Assembly: GCA_963817955.1 (NCBI GenBank)
Contig: CAWFQK010000004.1
Coordinates: 1,088,001-1,152,000, forward strand
Direction: 5' to 3'
From: an uncultured Gemmatimonadaceae bacterium
GTDB lineage: Bacteria > Gemmatimonadota > Gemmatimonadetes > Gemmatimonadales > Gemmatimonadaceae
Length of the DNA stretch: 64,000 nt
Shown piece by piece: positions 40,956 through 50,733 of this stretch; position 1 is the first letter of the stretch; every line of letters starts with the position of its first letter. Both the position numbers and the translations under genes were made by a program. The notes beneath the pieces are model-generated. The model searched no databases. It saw nothing but the letters and a program-made list of their open reading frames with translations, and was not told the DNA's origin.

Positions 40956-41684
40956 CTACCGCTCGTCGCCACCTCGACTGGGCAGAAGGGCCCGGAGGCG
41001 CGAAACGTCCGGAATGAGCAGACGGTCGAGTCCGAGCGGCTCAATCAGTCCCTTGCTGCGCAGTTGCTTCATTGCGCGCGAGACCGATTCGCGCGCGGCA
41101 CCGATCTCGCGCGCGATCTCCTCGTGCGTGCGGTCGAGCTCGATTTCCACACCCGAGACGCCTGGTGCGCCCGCACGTTCCGCATAGCCGACAAGGAGCA
41201 GCGCGAGACGTGCGGCAACATCTCGGAACGCAAGCGTTTCTGTGAGATGCACCATGTGTCGCAGGCGGCGGCCCAGCGCGCGGATGACTGCCTGTGCGAT
41301 ATCGGGTTGAGTCCTGTAGAGATATTCAAAATCGGACCGCGGCAGGAATACGAGGCGCGACGCCTCGATCGTGATCGCCGACGCCGGGTAAGGCCCGCCA
41401 TCGAACAGAGGCAACTCCGCCACGGGACACCCCGGCCCTTCGATGCGTAGGACTTGCTCGCGACCGGCCGGATCCGTCCGATAGATGCGCACGCGCCCTG
41501 ACTCGATCATGTAGAGCCCGCGGCACTCTTCACCGGTCGTGAACAGCACGTGCCCCGTGGGTACCGAACGGGGCACGCATCGATGCGCAAGTTGGATCAG
41601 CCCGTCGTCGCCAAGTCCAACGAACAGCGGAATCTGCCGGAGCAGATCGAAGACGGGCGCGTCGGAAGCGTGCGTGCTTGGCAT
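40956..41684 (-). CDS. Crp/Fnr family transcriptional regulator
   Basis: cNMP-binding fold (GLYMIESGRVRIY, ELPLFDGGPYPASA) and HTH THEEIAREIGAARESVSR; no FNR N-terminal Cys cluster. Confidence 0.9.
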   Translation of the reverse strand: MPSTHASDAPVFDLLRQIPLFVGLGDDGLIQLAHRCVPRSVPTGHVLFTTGEECRGLYMIESGRVRIYRTDPAGREQVLRIEGPGCPVAELPLFDGGPYPASAITIEASRLVFLPRSDFEYLYRTQPDIAQAVIRALGRRLRHMVHLTETLAFRDVAARLALLLVGYAERAGAPGVSGVEIELDRTHEEIAREIGAARESVSRAMKQLRSKGLIEPLGLDRLLIPDVSRLRALLPSRGGDER

Positions 41685-41736
41685 AATAAGAGAAGTAGAT
41701 GAAGGCAGCCCGTCGAACCCTCCGTCCGACGTTTGA

Positions 41737-41752
41737 TGTGACATCAGTCACG
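41737..41752. promoter_or_regulatory. CRP-type box
   Basis: TGTGA-catcag-TCACG in the divergent promoter region between the regulator and the SufT-like gene. Confidence 0.65.
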
Positions 41753-41796
41753 CGGCGCAACGCGTTCGTCCACCAGCTTTCGAGGCATCACACTCA

Positions 41797-42123
41797 ATGC
41801 CAGGACTGGAGCGCCTCGCCGCCATGCCACACAACGATCTCGACGTCAACGCGATTTGGTTGGCTCTCACTACCGTGATCGACCCCGAGCTCGGTCTCGA
41901 CGTAGTAACATTGGGGCTTATCTACGAGGTCGTGGTCGACGACGGCATGGCCAACATCCAACATACGCTGACAACCCCCGGCTGCCCCATGGAGCGGATC
42001 ATCACCGAGGGCATTCGAGACGCCGTCCTGCGGTTGGATGGCATCACGGGCGTCGACACGCACGTCGTCTGGGAGCCAGCCTGGCATCCGGGGATGATCG
42101 CGCCAAACGCGTTTCCGATGTGA
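41797..42123 (+). CDS. Metal-sulfur cluster assembly factor (SufT/PaaD/DUF59)
   Basis: VIDPELGLDVVTLGLIY, TLTTPGCP and VVWEPAW motifs; the start may be 41824. Confidence 0.88.
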   Translation: MPGLERLAAMPHNDLDVNAIWLALTTVIDPELGLDVVTLGLIYEVVVDDGMANIQHTLTTPGCPMERIITEGIRDAVLRLDGITGVDTHVVWEPAWHPGMIAPNAFPM

Positions 42124-42127
42124 GCCG

Positions 42128-42160
42128 GTGTCTCGTGTCTCGTGTCTCGTGTCTCGTGTC
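42128..42160. repeat. Heptamer tandem repeat (gtgtctc)x4-5
   Basis: Read directly, immediately after a stop codon. Confidence 0.85.
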
Positions 42161-42248
42161 GTCCTTGCCAATCTTGGCTCACCTCCCCAGTGTAAAGAGC
42201 GCTCGAGGCTATGCCCGGCGATCACGAAACGTTGCCTGTGAGGCCGCT

Positions 42249-42989
42249 ATGCGCAGTCGTGCTCTCGTTCTCATCGCGTTACTCATACTGCCATCTGGAT
42301 TGAGCGCGCAGCGAATTCGACTGCCGCGCATTGGCCGACGTACTCCGCCGCAAGCCGCTCATCTTCCGCCAGAAGCACCGCCGGTGGCGCGGGCACTCGC
42401 GTACAGGCGATCGAGGTGGTCAGCAGAGGCCTATCCCTTGGTGAGCTCCGTCCGAGTTCCGGCTGTCGCTGGCACCGCCACGAGCTACACGACCCTCGGA
42501 GCAGGAACGCACGGGGACTACCGCTACGCGGAGCGTTTTTCGGCAACCATTGACCTGACGGCATCGATGCTTGGCTCTCCTGCCACGACTGAAACGGTGG
42601 AGATCGGCACCCGGTTCCGGCCAATGCCGTGGAACGGAGAGATCCGTCCATTCTTCGACGTTCGCGCGGCGTACATGCACATGTATGACACGTTCGCGGC
42701 ACCAATTCAGACGTTCGCCGCCGGCGAGAGTTTCGTTTCTGGAGAGCGGTACAGTCGCGGCTTTGGCGGCGTCGCGGGCGCTGGCCTGGAGTTTTCCCTT
42801 ACACGTTCGCTGGCCCTCACCACTGAAGTATCAGCCCTTCGGAATCGGATGACCATCTACCGCGTGATCGGTCCGGCGAGCATTCCAGGTGACGGCCGCG
42901 ACTACTGGATGACATCGTACCGGTTCATGCTGGGCCTCAAGTACAACCCCGTACGCGTACTGAACCTGGTGCAGAATCCAAGGTCGTAA
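42249..42989 (+). CDS. Outer-membrane beta-barrel-like exported protein
   Basis: Signal peptide, alternating beta strands, terminal strand YRFMLGLKYN. Confidence 0.6.
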   Translation: MRSRALVLIALLILPSGLSAQRIRLPRIGRRTPPQAAHLPPEAPPVARALAYRRSRWSAEAYPLVSSVRVPAVAGTATSYTTLGAGTHGDYRYAERFSATIDLTASMLGSPATTETVEIGTRFRPMPWNGEIRPFFDVRAAYMHMYDTFAAPIQTFAAGESFVSGERYSRGFGGVAGAGLEFSLTRSLALTTEVSALRNRMTIYRVIGPASIPGDGRDYWMTSYRFMLGLKYNPVRVLNLVQNPRS

Positions 42990-43128
42990 GCAGCCACGTC
43001 CAAGACCGGGCATTCAGGTCTGGTGATCGTGACGGGCCCAGCGGCGCGCTGGGGGGAAGATCCCTCACTAGTGATCGCGGACGCCCTGTGCTACATTCTG
43101 TGCCTTCCTCGGCGGTCTTGGAGCGTCC

Positions 43129-45678
43129 GTGTCCAACCCTTCCTCCACGTTGTTCACGTCCCCCGCCATCAGGGTGCTCGCGGTGCTTGGTCCCGCGGCG
43201 CTCATGCTCATGGTTGGCGCCATGGGTGCCACGACGTACGGTACGCTCCAAGCGCATAGCAGGCAGGTCGCGCAAACGCGCGACGTCATCGACCGAGGGA
43301 GGAGCGTTCTCGTCGATCTCCTCGACGCGGAGACGGGCGAGCGGGGATTCCTCATCACAGACGACACGCAATACCTCGAGCCGTATCAGCGCGGCACGGT
43401 GGCCTTGCGCGCCGACACGGCGGCGTTGCGTGCGCTGACGCGCGACGATGCTACCCAGCAGCGGCTGCTCGACAGGCTCACGGAGGTCGCCGCGGAGCGC
43501 GTCGCGCTGCTCGACACCGTCAAGACACGACGGCAGACGGACGGGCCAGCGGTCGCGCTGAAAGTGTTCCGCCAGAGTCGAGGCAAGGCACTGATGGACA
43601 GTGCACGCGTCATTATCGCGCGCATTCAGGACGAGGAGGGACGTCTGCTCGCCGCGCGTGAGGCAGCGGAGAGCCGCGCCGCGAATCGTCTCATCTTCGC
43701 GCTCGTGGCCGGCGCGGTGTTGGCGGCCCTATTCGCGTTTCTCATGAACGCGCTGCTCCACCGCAAGGCCGAGCGGATCGCCGCAAGCGAGCGCCTGACT
43801 TCGGAGCAGAACGAGCTGCTGCAGGAACAGACGCTCGAGCTGGAGTTGACCAACGAACAGCTTCATGATCAGCAGGCCGAGCTCGAGATGCAGACCGAGG
43901 AGTTGCAGGCCACCGCTGCGTACCTGGAGGAACGGACCGAGGCGCTCACGGAGAGCGAGGCGCGTTTCCGCGCCGTGTTCGAGCGATCGCGCGTCGGCAT
44001 GGCGCGCGTCTCATTCTCCGGAGCGCGGTGGCTCGAGGTGAACGACGCCTTCCGAGAGATGCTCGGATACACCCAGGACGAGTTCCTCGCTACTCCATGG
44101 CCCGAGATCACCCACCCGGACGACGTGGACTCGGATCTCATACCGTTCGGTCGTATGGCGGTGGGCGACCTCGAGTGGTATGCAGTCGAAAAACGCTTCA
44201 TCCATAAGTTCGGCCACCATGTGTGGGCGCGGCTCACTCTCTCGCTGGTGCGCGACTCGGCCGGGCGTCCGGACTATGAGATTGCCGTCATCGAGGATGT
44301 CAGCCGACAGCACGCGGCCGCGGCAGAGCGGGAGAGGTTGCTCGCCGCCGAGGAGCTGGCCCGCAGCCGAGCCGAGACGCTGCAGCACATCTCAGCCTCG
44401 CTATCCGCGGCGCGCACACCTGCTGACGTAGCCGCAGCGACCATCAGCGCCGGCATAGTCGCCGCGGACGCTTCGCGTGCGGCGGTCGGACTTCTCGACG
44501 ACGACAACGGGCGCACCGTTGAGCTCCTGGCGCACAGTGGATACACCGAGGCGCAAGTCGCGCGGTTGCTCGACATGCCCATGGGGGGGCTGCTCCCGTT
44601 GGCGGACCTCGTACGAACCCGTGCGGCCGTCCTGATCGGCCGGCATGATGAAACCGTCGTACGCTACCCCGCATTCGCCAAATGGATTGACGCTGCCGGC
44701 TTCCACGGATCCGCGATGTTCCCGCTCTTCGTCGGTCAGGGAGCAGAGGAACGCGTGCTGGGCTACCTCGGCTTCGGTTTTGAACGAGACCGCGAGTTCA
44801 CCGAGAGCGAGGTCGCGTTTCTCGAGACGGTAGCGCGTCTCTGCTCTCAGGCGCTCGACCGCGCGCGTGCGTACAACGCGGCGGAAGCGGCCCGCCACGA
44901 GGCCGAGGCGGCAAATCGGGCAAAATCGCAGTTCCTGGCAACGATGAGCCATGAGTTGCGCACACCGCTCAACGCCATCGCGGGCTACGCTGACCTAATG
45001 GAATTGGAGCTCCGGGGCCCGCTCACCGAATTGCAGCGCGCCGACCTCGCGCGTATCAAAGTCAGCGGGCAGCACTTGTTGAGCCTGATCAACGACGTCC
45101 TGAACTTTGCGAAGATCGAGGCCGGGCGGCTCGAGCTACAGTTCTCGCCCGCATCGGTGAGCGCCCTCGTTGCGGGGATCGATCCGCTCATCGCGCCGCA
45201 GTACGGTGCCCGCGGGCTCGCCTACGCCTTCGAGTGCGCCGACGACGCTGTCGTCTGGGCCGACGCCGAGAAAGTGCAACAGATCCTGCTCAACCTGCTC
45301 ACGAACGCGGGGAAGTTCACGGCCCCGGGAAACACGGTGACGGTCCAGTCCGAGCAGGATGACCATGTCGTGCGAATCCACGTCCGCGACCGCGGCCGCG
45401 GGATTCCCGCGGACAAGCTGGACCGCATCTTTGAGCCGTTCGTGCAAATCGATCGACACCTGACGCAGGCGAGCCAGCAAGGAGTGGGGCTTGGGCTCTC
45501 GATCAGCCGCGAGCTCGCACGGGCAATGGGAGGCGACCTCACTGCCGAGAGCACGCTCGGGGAGGGCTCGACGTTCACCCTGGTGCTCGTACGACACGAC
45601 CCAACGGCCGTCCGCTCTATCGGGAACCCGCTCACCGACGGCGCACAAGCAGCGTCGGTACGCCCGCTCACAGACTGA
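43129..45678 (+). CDS. CHASE3-PAS-GAF sensor histidine kinase
   Basis: DAETGERGFLITDD...YLEPY (CHASE3), coiled coil, PAS, GAF, MSHELRTPLN, NLLTNAGKFT, GVGLGL. Confidence 0.9.
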   Translation: MSNPSSTLFTSPAIRVLAVLGPAALMLMVGAMGATTYGTLQAHSRQVAQTRDVIDRGRSVLVDLLDAETGERGFLITDDTQYLEPYQRGTVALRADTAALRALTRDDATQQRLLDRLTEVAAERVALLDTVKTRRQTDGPAVALKVFRQSRGKALMDSARVIIARIQDEEGRLLAAREAAESRAANRLIFALVAGAVLAALFAFLMNALLHRKAERIAASERLTSEQNELLQEQTLELELTNEQLHDQQAELEMQTEELQATAAYLEERTEALTESEARFRAVFERSRVGMARVSFSGARWLEVNDAFREMLGYTQDEFLATPWPEITHPDDVDSDLIPFGRMAVGDLEWYAVEKRFIHKFGHHVWARLTLSLVRDSAGRPDYEIAVIEDVSRQHAAAAERERLLAAEELARSRAETLQHISASLSAARTPADVAAATISAGIVAADASRAAVGLLDDDNGRTVELLAHSGYTEAQVARLLDMPMGGLLPLADLVRTRAAVLIGRHDETVVRYPAFAKWIDAAGFHGSAMFPLFVGQGAEERVLGYLGFGFERDREFTESEVAFLETVARLCSQALDRARAYNAAEAARHEAEAANRAKSQFLATMSHELRTPLNAIAGYADLMELELRGPLTELQRADLARIKVSGQHLLSLINDVLNFAKIEAGRLELQFSPASVSALVAGIDPLIAPQYGARGLAYAFECADDAVVWADAEKVQQILLNLLTNAGKFTAPGNTVTVQSEQDDHVVRIHVRDRGRGIPADKLDRIFEPFVQIDRHLTQASQQGVGLGLSISRELARAMGGDLTAESTLGEGSTFTLVLVRHDPTAVRSIGNPLTDGAQAASVRPLTD

Positions 45679-45839
45679 CGGCGCGAACTGCTTACGGCGC
45701 CAACTCCCTGACTGCGCCAACTCCCTGACTGCGCCAACTCCCTGACTGCGCCAACTCCCTAAATACGCGAACTCCCTGACGGCGGCGTACGGCGCGGACT
45801 CCCTAAATACGCGAACTCCCTGACGGCGGCTTACGGCGC
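45677..45839 (+). repeat. 17-bp/10-bp composite repeat array 1
   Basis: Head gacggcgcgaactgct, then gccaactccctgactgc-type units, then an acggcggctt tail. Confidence 0.9.
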
Positions 45840-46307
45840 TGCCGGACGCGGGGCGTCAGAGTTGTAGATATCGCGCGAGACCCGCCAATTGCCCGCGGAT
45901 TGACGCTGCCAGATTTCCAAATACTTGCCCGAGTCGGGCTTCGACCGGCCGCCCCACGACCAATACCGGCCGCGCACGTAGGCCAGATCATGATTGCCCT
46001 CGATCTCGACCTGCTGCCACCGGTACATATACGCCGTGGAATCTGTGGACTCATACGCCGCGATCGCCGCCTGGCCGACGAGCGCAGGCGAATGTTCGGG
46101 CATTGATACGGCATCCGCCGTGTAGTACGAGCGGGCGTAGCCAGCGAAGTCTTTTGGCGGCCGGGCGTTGATGATCGCGAGAGTAGAGTCGGCCGTGCTA
46201 CGGATGGCGCGCCGGTCGGCGTCCGACAACGCCGCGGGTTGCGAGCGGGCGCACCCGATGCCGGCCGCGAGGACAAGCACCGCAAACGATTCGCGCGGGC
46301 GAGTCAT
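45831..46307 (-). CDS. SnoaL/DUF4440 (NTF2-like) exported protein
   Basis: RBS aggagg, signal/lipobox, DLAYVRGRY and GKYLEIWQRQSAGNWRVSRDIYN motifs. Confidence 0.8.
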   Translation of the reverse strand: MTRPRESFAVLVLAAGIGCARSQPAALSDADRRAIRSTADSTLAIINARPPKDFAGYARSYYTADAVSMPEHSPALVGQAAIAAYESTDSTAYMYRWQQVEIEGNHDLAYVRGRYWSWGGRSKPDSGKYLEIWQRQSAGNWRVSRDIYNSDAPRPAAP

Positions 46308-46815
46308 ATCAGCCTCCTGATTGAACGAGCGAACTGGGAGCACGCCATAAGAAGCCGTCTGGCCCGGAATCATATAATGGCGCGCCGAGCGCACGATTGC
46401 CAACGCAGGATCTGCTCGCCCGAATGCCCGACGGTAGAATCCACAGCGCCCTCTGTCACAGCCCCCCCGCTGATGACGGCGTCCGCAGGATGCCCGAGGC
46501 CATTCGAATCAGCCCCCCGAAATGCGGTCCATTGAGAAGCGCTCCTCCGGGATCGCGACACTTGTTGTCATCACCGTCCTGACCTCGATCGCGACCCTCG
46601 CGAATGGCTTTGCGTTCGGCGACGTTCCGATTGTCGCGAACAATCCGGGCGTCCACAGTCTGGCGCGGCTGTGAGATCTGTTTGGCCAGAGCTATTGGCC
46701 GCCGGAAGTGACGATGGCGCTCTATCGGCCCGTCCCCATGTGCGGCGAGTATGTTTTGAAGGAGACACTCGCTGCGAAGCACCCGCTGAAACAGTAGTTG
46801 GCGATTAGGGGGATC

Positions 46816-48258
46816 ATGCCGGACGCACCCGCTGAAGAACCAGGACCAGGACCAGAACCAGCCGACACCGTGCAGGCGCGCGACCTGGCGGAATCGTCGC
46901 GTAGCCCCCTCGGGCCATACGAGACTCTGCTGAGTCACACGCTGGCGCTGGTGGCCAATGGGGCAGAATTGCCTCGCGTGCTCGATTCCATTGTACGGGG
47001 CCTGGAGTCGGCGTATCCCGCGGCAGTGTGCAGCATCTCGTTGCTGGCTCGCGGACCGAAGCAGCTCGACAGTGCGCCAGTCCCAGGCCCATCAGATTTC
47101 TATAACGAAGCCCTCGCCCGCACCGAAACCTGCATAGGGTCATGCTGGTCTCAGCCAATCCGCGCCGCATCAGGCCAGACGTCGGGCACGCTCACCGTCA
47201 GGCATCGTGACGAGCGCACGCCCGGCGACGCCGACCTCGCCATCCTCGAACGATCCGCCCACCTCGCCGCCATTGCCGTCGAGCGGAGCATCGACACCGA
47301 TCGACTGCGTGAGAGTGACAGCTTGTTTCGCTTGCTGACCGAGGATACCCGATTCGTGGTCTGGAAGGTGGACCGCGATCTCCGTTTCACCTATATCAGC
47401 CCGGCGGATGAACGGTTGCGCGGCTACACGGCCGGCGAGATGATCGGTCGCTCCGTTCTCGAGATGTTCACCGAAGAAGGCATTGCCGCCCTCACCGAGA
47501 TCATGCACGCGAGGCGGGTGGCCGAACAGCACGGCACTCGGACGGGCAGCTTGACGTTCGAGTGCCAGCATCGCTGCAAGGATGGCAGGCTCCTGTGGGG
47601 AGAGATCTTCTCCACCCCCGTGCGTGACGCACACGGCGCGATCGTCGGCTTCCACGGCATCACTCGGGAAAACACGGAGCGCCGGCACATGGAGGAGCAG
47701 GTACGACAACTGGCCTTCTACGACACGCTCACCAACCTCCCCAATCGTCGTATGCTCGACGATCGCTTGAGCCAGACCATGGCGGCCAGCAAGCGCACTG
47801 GTCGCTGGGGAGCGCTGATGTTTCTCGACCTGGATAATTTCAAATCACTCAATGACACCCAGGGCCATGAGATCGGTGACCTGCTGCTGATCGAAGCAGC
47901 GAATCGACTGCGACGATGCGTGCGCGAGACGGACACCGTCGCACGTATTGGCGGCGATGAGTTCGTCGTGATGCTGAGCGGATTGGATGTGGATCCCGTC
48001 GTATCGAAATCCCAAGCGAAGACTGTGGCGGACAAGATCCGCACCACGCTCTTGGAACCGTACCGGCTGACGACGCAGCGCGAGGCGAACGCCGGCACCG
48101 TCGTTGAACATCACTGCACCGTGAGCATCGGCGTGGCGTTGTTCGCGGGTCATGGAGCCAGCGCGGAGAACATTCTCAAATGGGCTGATATGGCGATGTA
48201 TGGAGCGAAGGAGGAGGGGCGGAATCGGATACGAATTCATGACGGCGCGAACGGCTAA
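46816..48258 (+). CDS. GAF-PAS diguanylate cyclase
   Basis: YDTLTNLPNR, DLDNFKSLND and ARIGGDEF. Confidence 0.9.
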   Translation: MPDAPAEEPGPGPEPADTVQARDLAESSRSPLGPYETLLSHTLALVANGAELPRVLDSIVRGLESAYPAAVCSISLLARGPKQLDSAPVPGPSDFYNEALARTETCIGSCWSQPIRAASGQTSGTLTVRHRDERTPGDADLAILERSAHLAAIAVERSIDTDRLRESDSLFRLLTEDTRFVVWKVDRDLRFTYISPADERLRGYTAGEMIGRSVLEMFTEEGIAALTEIMHARRVAEQHGTRTGSLTFECQHRCKDGRLLWGEIFSTPVRDAHGAIVGFHGITRENTERRHMEEQVRQLAFYDTLTNLPNRRMLDDRLSQTMAASKRTGRWGALMFLDLDNFKSLNDTQGHEIGDLLLIEAANRLRRCVRETDTVARIGGDEFVVMLSGLDVDPVVSKSQAKTVADKIRTTLLEPYRLTTQREANAGTVVEHHCTVSIGVALFAGHGASAENILKWADMAMYGAKEEGRNRIRIHDGANG

Positions 48259-48415
48259 CGGCGCGGACTCCCTAACGGCGCGGACTCCCTGACGGCGCTG
48301 ACTCCCTAACTACGCTAACTCCCTGACGGCGCTGACTCCCTAACTACGCTAACTCCCTGACGGCGCGGACTCCCTGACGGCGGACTTACGGCGGACTTAC
48401 GGCGGCTTACGGCGC
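48241..48415 (+). repeat. 17-bp/10-bp composite repeat array 2
   Basis: Head gacggcgcgaacggct, seven 17-mers ending actccct, then acggcgg(a)ctt units. Confidence 0.9.
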
Positions 48416-48712
48416 AGACACAGTCGCATCCCTTTGGAGTAGGCGCGCCGTAGCGTCTGGTGAGCTGATCGAGGGAAATCACAATAGGCTTCCGAGGCGA
48501 GGAATCCACAATGTCGCCGGCGCTGACGACCCGACCAAAGATGCGGTTGCTCATCCATTCCGGCAACGACCCGATGAGGATCTGTGGATCGTCGCCGGAT
48601 TAGATGGTTCTAATCTTGCCAGAATGCCCACTGCGCCGTCGCGCCGCAGGGAACATGAGCACGATCCCTGACCGGCCTCCCTGGCGATCACGGCCGTTGA
48701 GCGAACGATCGG

Positions 48713-50650
48713 GTGACGACGCCCCGTCGGCCAGGCGACCGACCCAGTGCACAACCGCGATGCGGCAATCGGGATCAGGTGACACAGACAAAGACGATTT
48801 CATCCGTTTCGGCGACGCCGCCGCTCTCACCCAACGAACGGCGCGCGCTCCGGCGGAAGCATGGCACGCGATTGCCGCTCGTGCTCGTTCTCCTGTCTCT
48901 CGCGCTCGCCGTGCTGCTGCCGCGGCTGATGCAGCGACGGATCGCACATCTCCGCGACGTCGCCTACTTGGCCGAGCCGGCCCGTCTGCGTATCGCCCGA
49001 CTCCAGCTCGATCTCGTTGTCGAGTCAGCCGCGCGGCGCGGGTACCTGCTCCCCGGTTACCCCGATCTGGCAAATCAACTCGGCACCGCACAGATGGAGC
49101 GGCGGAGCGTCGAGCGGCAGCTCCTCGCCGACGCTCGCCGACTGGATGTTCCGCCATCCGTCGCGCTCACGCGGGCCGTTGAGAATTTACAGGATCTGGG
49201 CAATCGCCTCGACTCGCTCGGCTCCGCTTCGGGCATTCGTCCGCAGGCGTCGGCGGCCCTGGCGGAGCAAGAGCAGTGCGCCAACGAGATTCACGCACTC
49301 TCGGACAGTCTTGAGAGCAGGGTCGCGCGCGCAACCGAGAGCCGCCGTGCATCGATGGGCCAGACGGAGGATGTGGTCGGGCTGCTCACTGCAGGCCTCG
49401 TCCTTATTGGTTTGGGAGCGGCATTTCTCGTGGCTCGGCTCGGAAGTCACTACCGCAAGCTGGCGCTTCGCCTCGACGAGACCGAAGCGCGGTTTCGTCA
49501 GATCGCCGACAACCTGTGTGCCGTTGTCTGGTTGAGTGAGCCGGATATGCGGCGCCAGCTCTATGTGAGCGTCGCCTACGAACGTATCTGGGGACGCTCA
49601 CGAGAGAGCCTCGAGACCGACCCCAACTCCTTCATGGAAGGCGTCCACCCTGATGACCGAGAGCGGGTGCGCGCCTCGCTGGCTGACCTGGCTCATCGCG
49701 CCGCGGATGTCGAGTTCAGGGTGGTTCGGCCGGATGGCACCGTGCGTTGGGTCTGGAGCCGCGGGTTTCCAGTCCGAGACAACAGCGGGCGGATCTTCCG
49801 TGTAGCGGGAATCATGGAAGACGTCACCGAACGCCATGAGTATGTGCTCGAACGCGACACGCTGCTCGCGAGAGAGCAGGACGCACGCGCGGTAGCGGAA
49901 CGCCGCCAGTCGGCCCTCGAACGCGTGACCGACAGCCGCGGGCGGCTCATCCGCGGCTTCACCCATGACGTCAAGAACCCGCTCGGCGCGGCCGACGGGT
50001 ACTTAGCGCTGCTCGAAGAAGGGACGTTCGGAACTCTCGTCGAAACGCAGCGCGAAACGCTCGCCAGAGCTCGACGGTCCATTCATCACGCGCTGGAGCT
50101 CATTGGGCAGTTGCTCGAGGTCGCGCGTGCCGAGGCCGGGCAGGTGGAGATCCACCAACAAAAGACTGATGTCGTCGAGGTGGTGCGAGACGTCGCGGAC
50201 TCGTTCCGGAAAACGGCGGAGGCGAAGGGTCTCGCGCTTGCCGTGGAGCTCCCGGAACGACCTCCGACTGTCATGACCGACGCCTCGCGCCTGCGGCAGG
50301 TCGTCGACAACCTGGTGTCGAACGCCGTGAAATACACTCCGGCGGGCGGCCACGTCTCGGTGAATTGCTGCGAATCGTCCAAGGGCGTTGAGCAAGCCGC
50401 TCCCCAAGTCGTCATCACGGTTTCAGACGACGGCGGGGGTATCCCGAAGGACAAGCTCCCGATGTTGTTCATGGAGTACAAACGGTTCAGCCCCGAGGCG
50501 GCAGCCGGCGAGGGAATCGGGTTGGCCATCAGCCAGAAAATCGCGGAGGCATTGGGCGGTGAGATAACGGTCGACAGCAAAGTAGGTCTGGGGAGCACTT
50601 TCGCACTCCGGCTCCCAGTCGCACCAAGCCGTCATCCCACGCAACCGTAA
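48713..50650 (+). CDS. Membrane PAS sensor histidine kinase
   Basis: Two TM segments, PAS, GFTHDVKNPL, NLVSNAVKYT, GEGIGL; start uncertain. Confidence 0.85.
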   Translation: MTTPRRPGDRPSAQPRCGNRDQVTQTKTISSVSATPPLSPNERRALRRKHGTRLPLVLVLLSLALAVLLPRLMQRRIAHLRDVAYLAEPARLRIARLQLDLVVESAARRGYLLPGYPDLANQLGTAQMERRSVERQLLADARRLDVPPSVALTRAVENLQDLGNRLDSLGSASGIRPQASAALAEQEQCANEIHALSDSLESRVARATESRRASMGQTEDVVGLLTAGLVLIGLGAAFLVARLGSHYRKLALRLDETEARFRQIADNLCAVVWLSEPDMRRQLYVSVAYERIWGRSRESLETDPNSFMEGVHPDDRERVRASLADLAHRAADVEFRVVRPDGTVRWVWSRGFPVRDNSGRIFRVAGIMEDVTERHEYVLERDTLLAREQDARAVAERRQSALERVTDSRGRLIRGFTHDVKNPLGAADGYLALLEEGTFGTLVETQRETLARARRSIHHALELIGQLLEVARAEAGQVEIHQQKTDVVEVVRDVADSFRKTAEAKGLALAVELPERPPTVMTDASRLRQVVDNLVSNAVKYTPAGGHVSVNCCESSKGVEQAAPQVVITVSDDGGGIPKDKLPMLFMEYKRFSPEAAAGEGIGLAISQKIAEALGGEITVDSKVGLGSTFALRLPVAPSRHPTQP

Positions 50651-50733
50651 GCCAGGCGGCTGGTGGCTCGCGGCTCGTTGCCGCCGCCCGTGACGGGGAC
50701 TCCCCTTCGCGCACCCGCCCTTTATCTTCGCGT

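Noticed and set aside
41733..41747. FNR box TTGAT...ATCAG
   Set aside because: The spacing is 5 rather than 4; the overlapping CRP-type box fits better.
46400..46800. ORFs in the gap before the diguanylate cyclase
   Set aside because: No recognisable motifs; likely a divergent promoter region.
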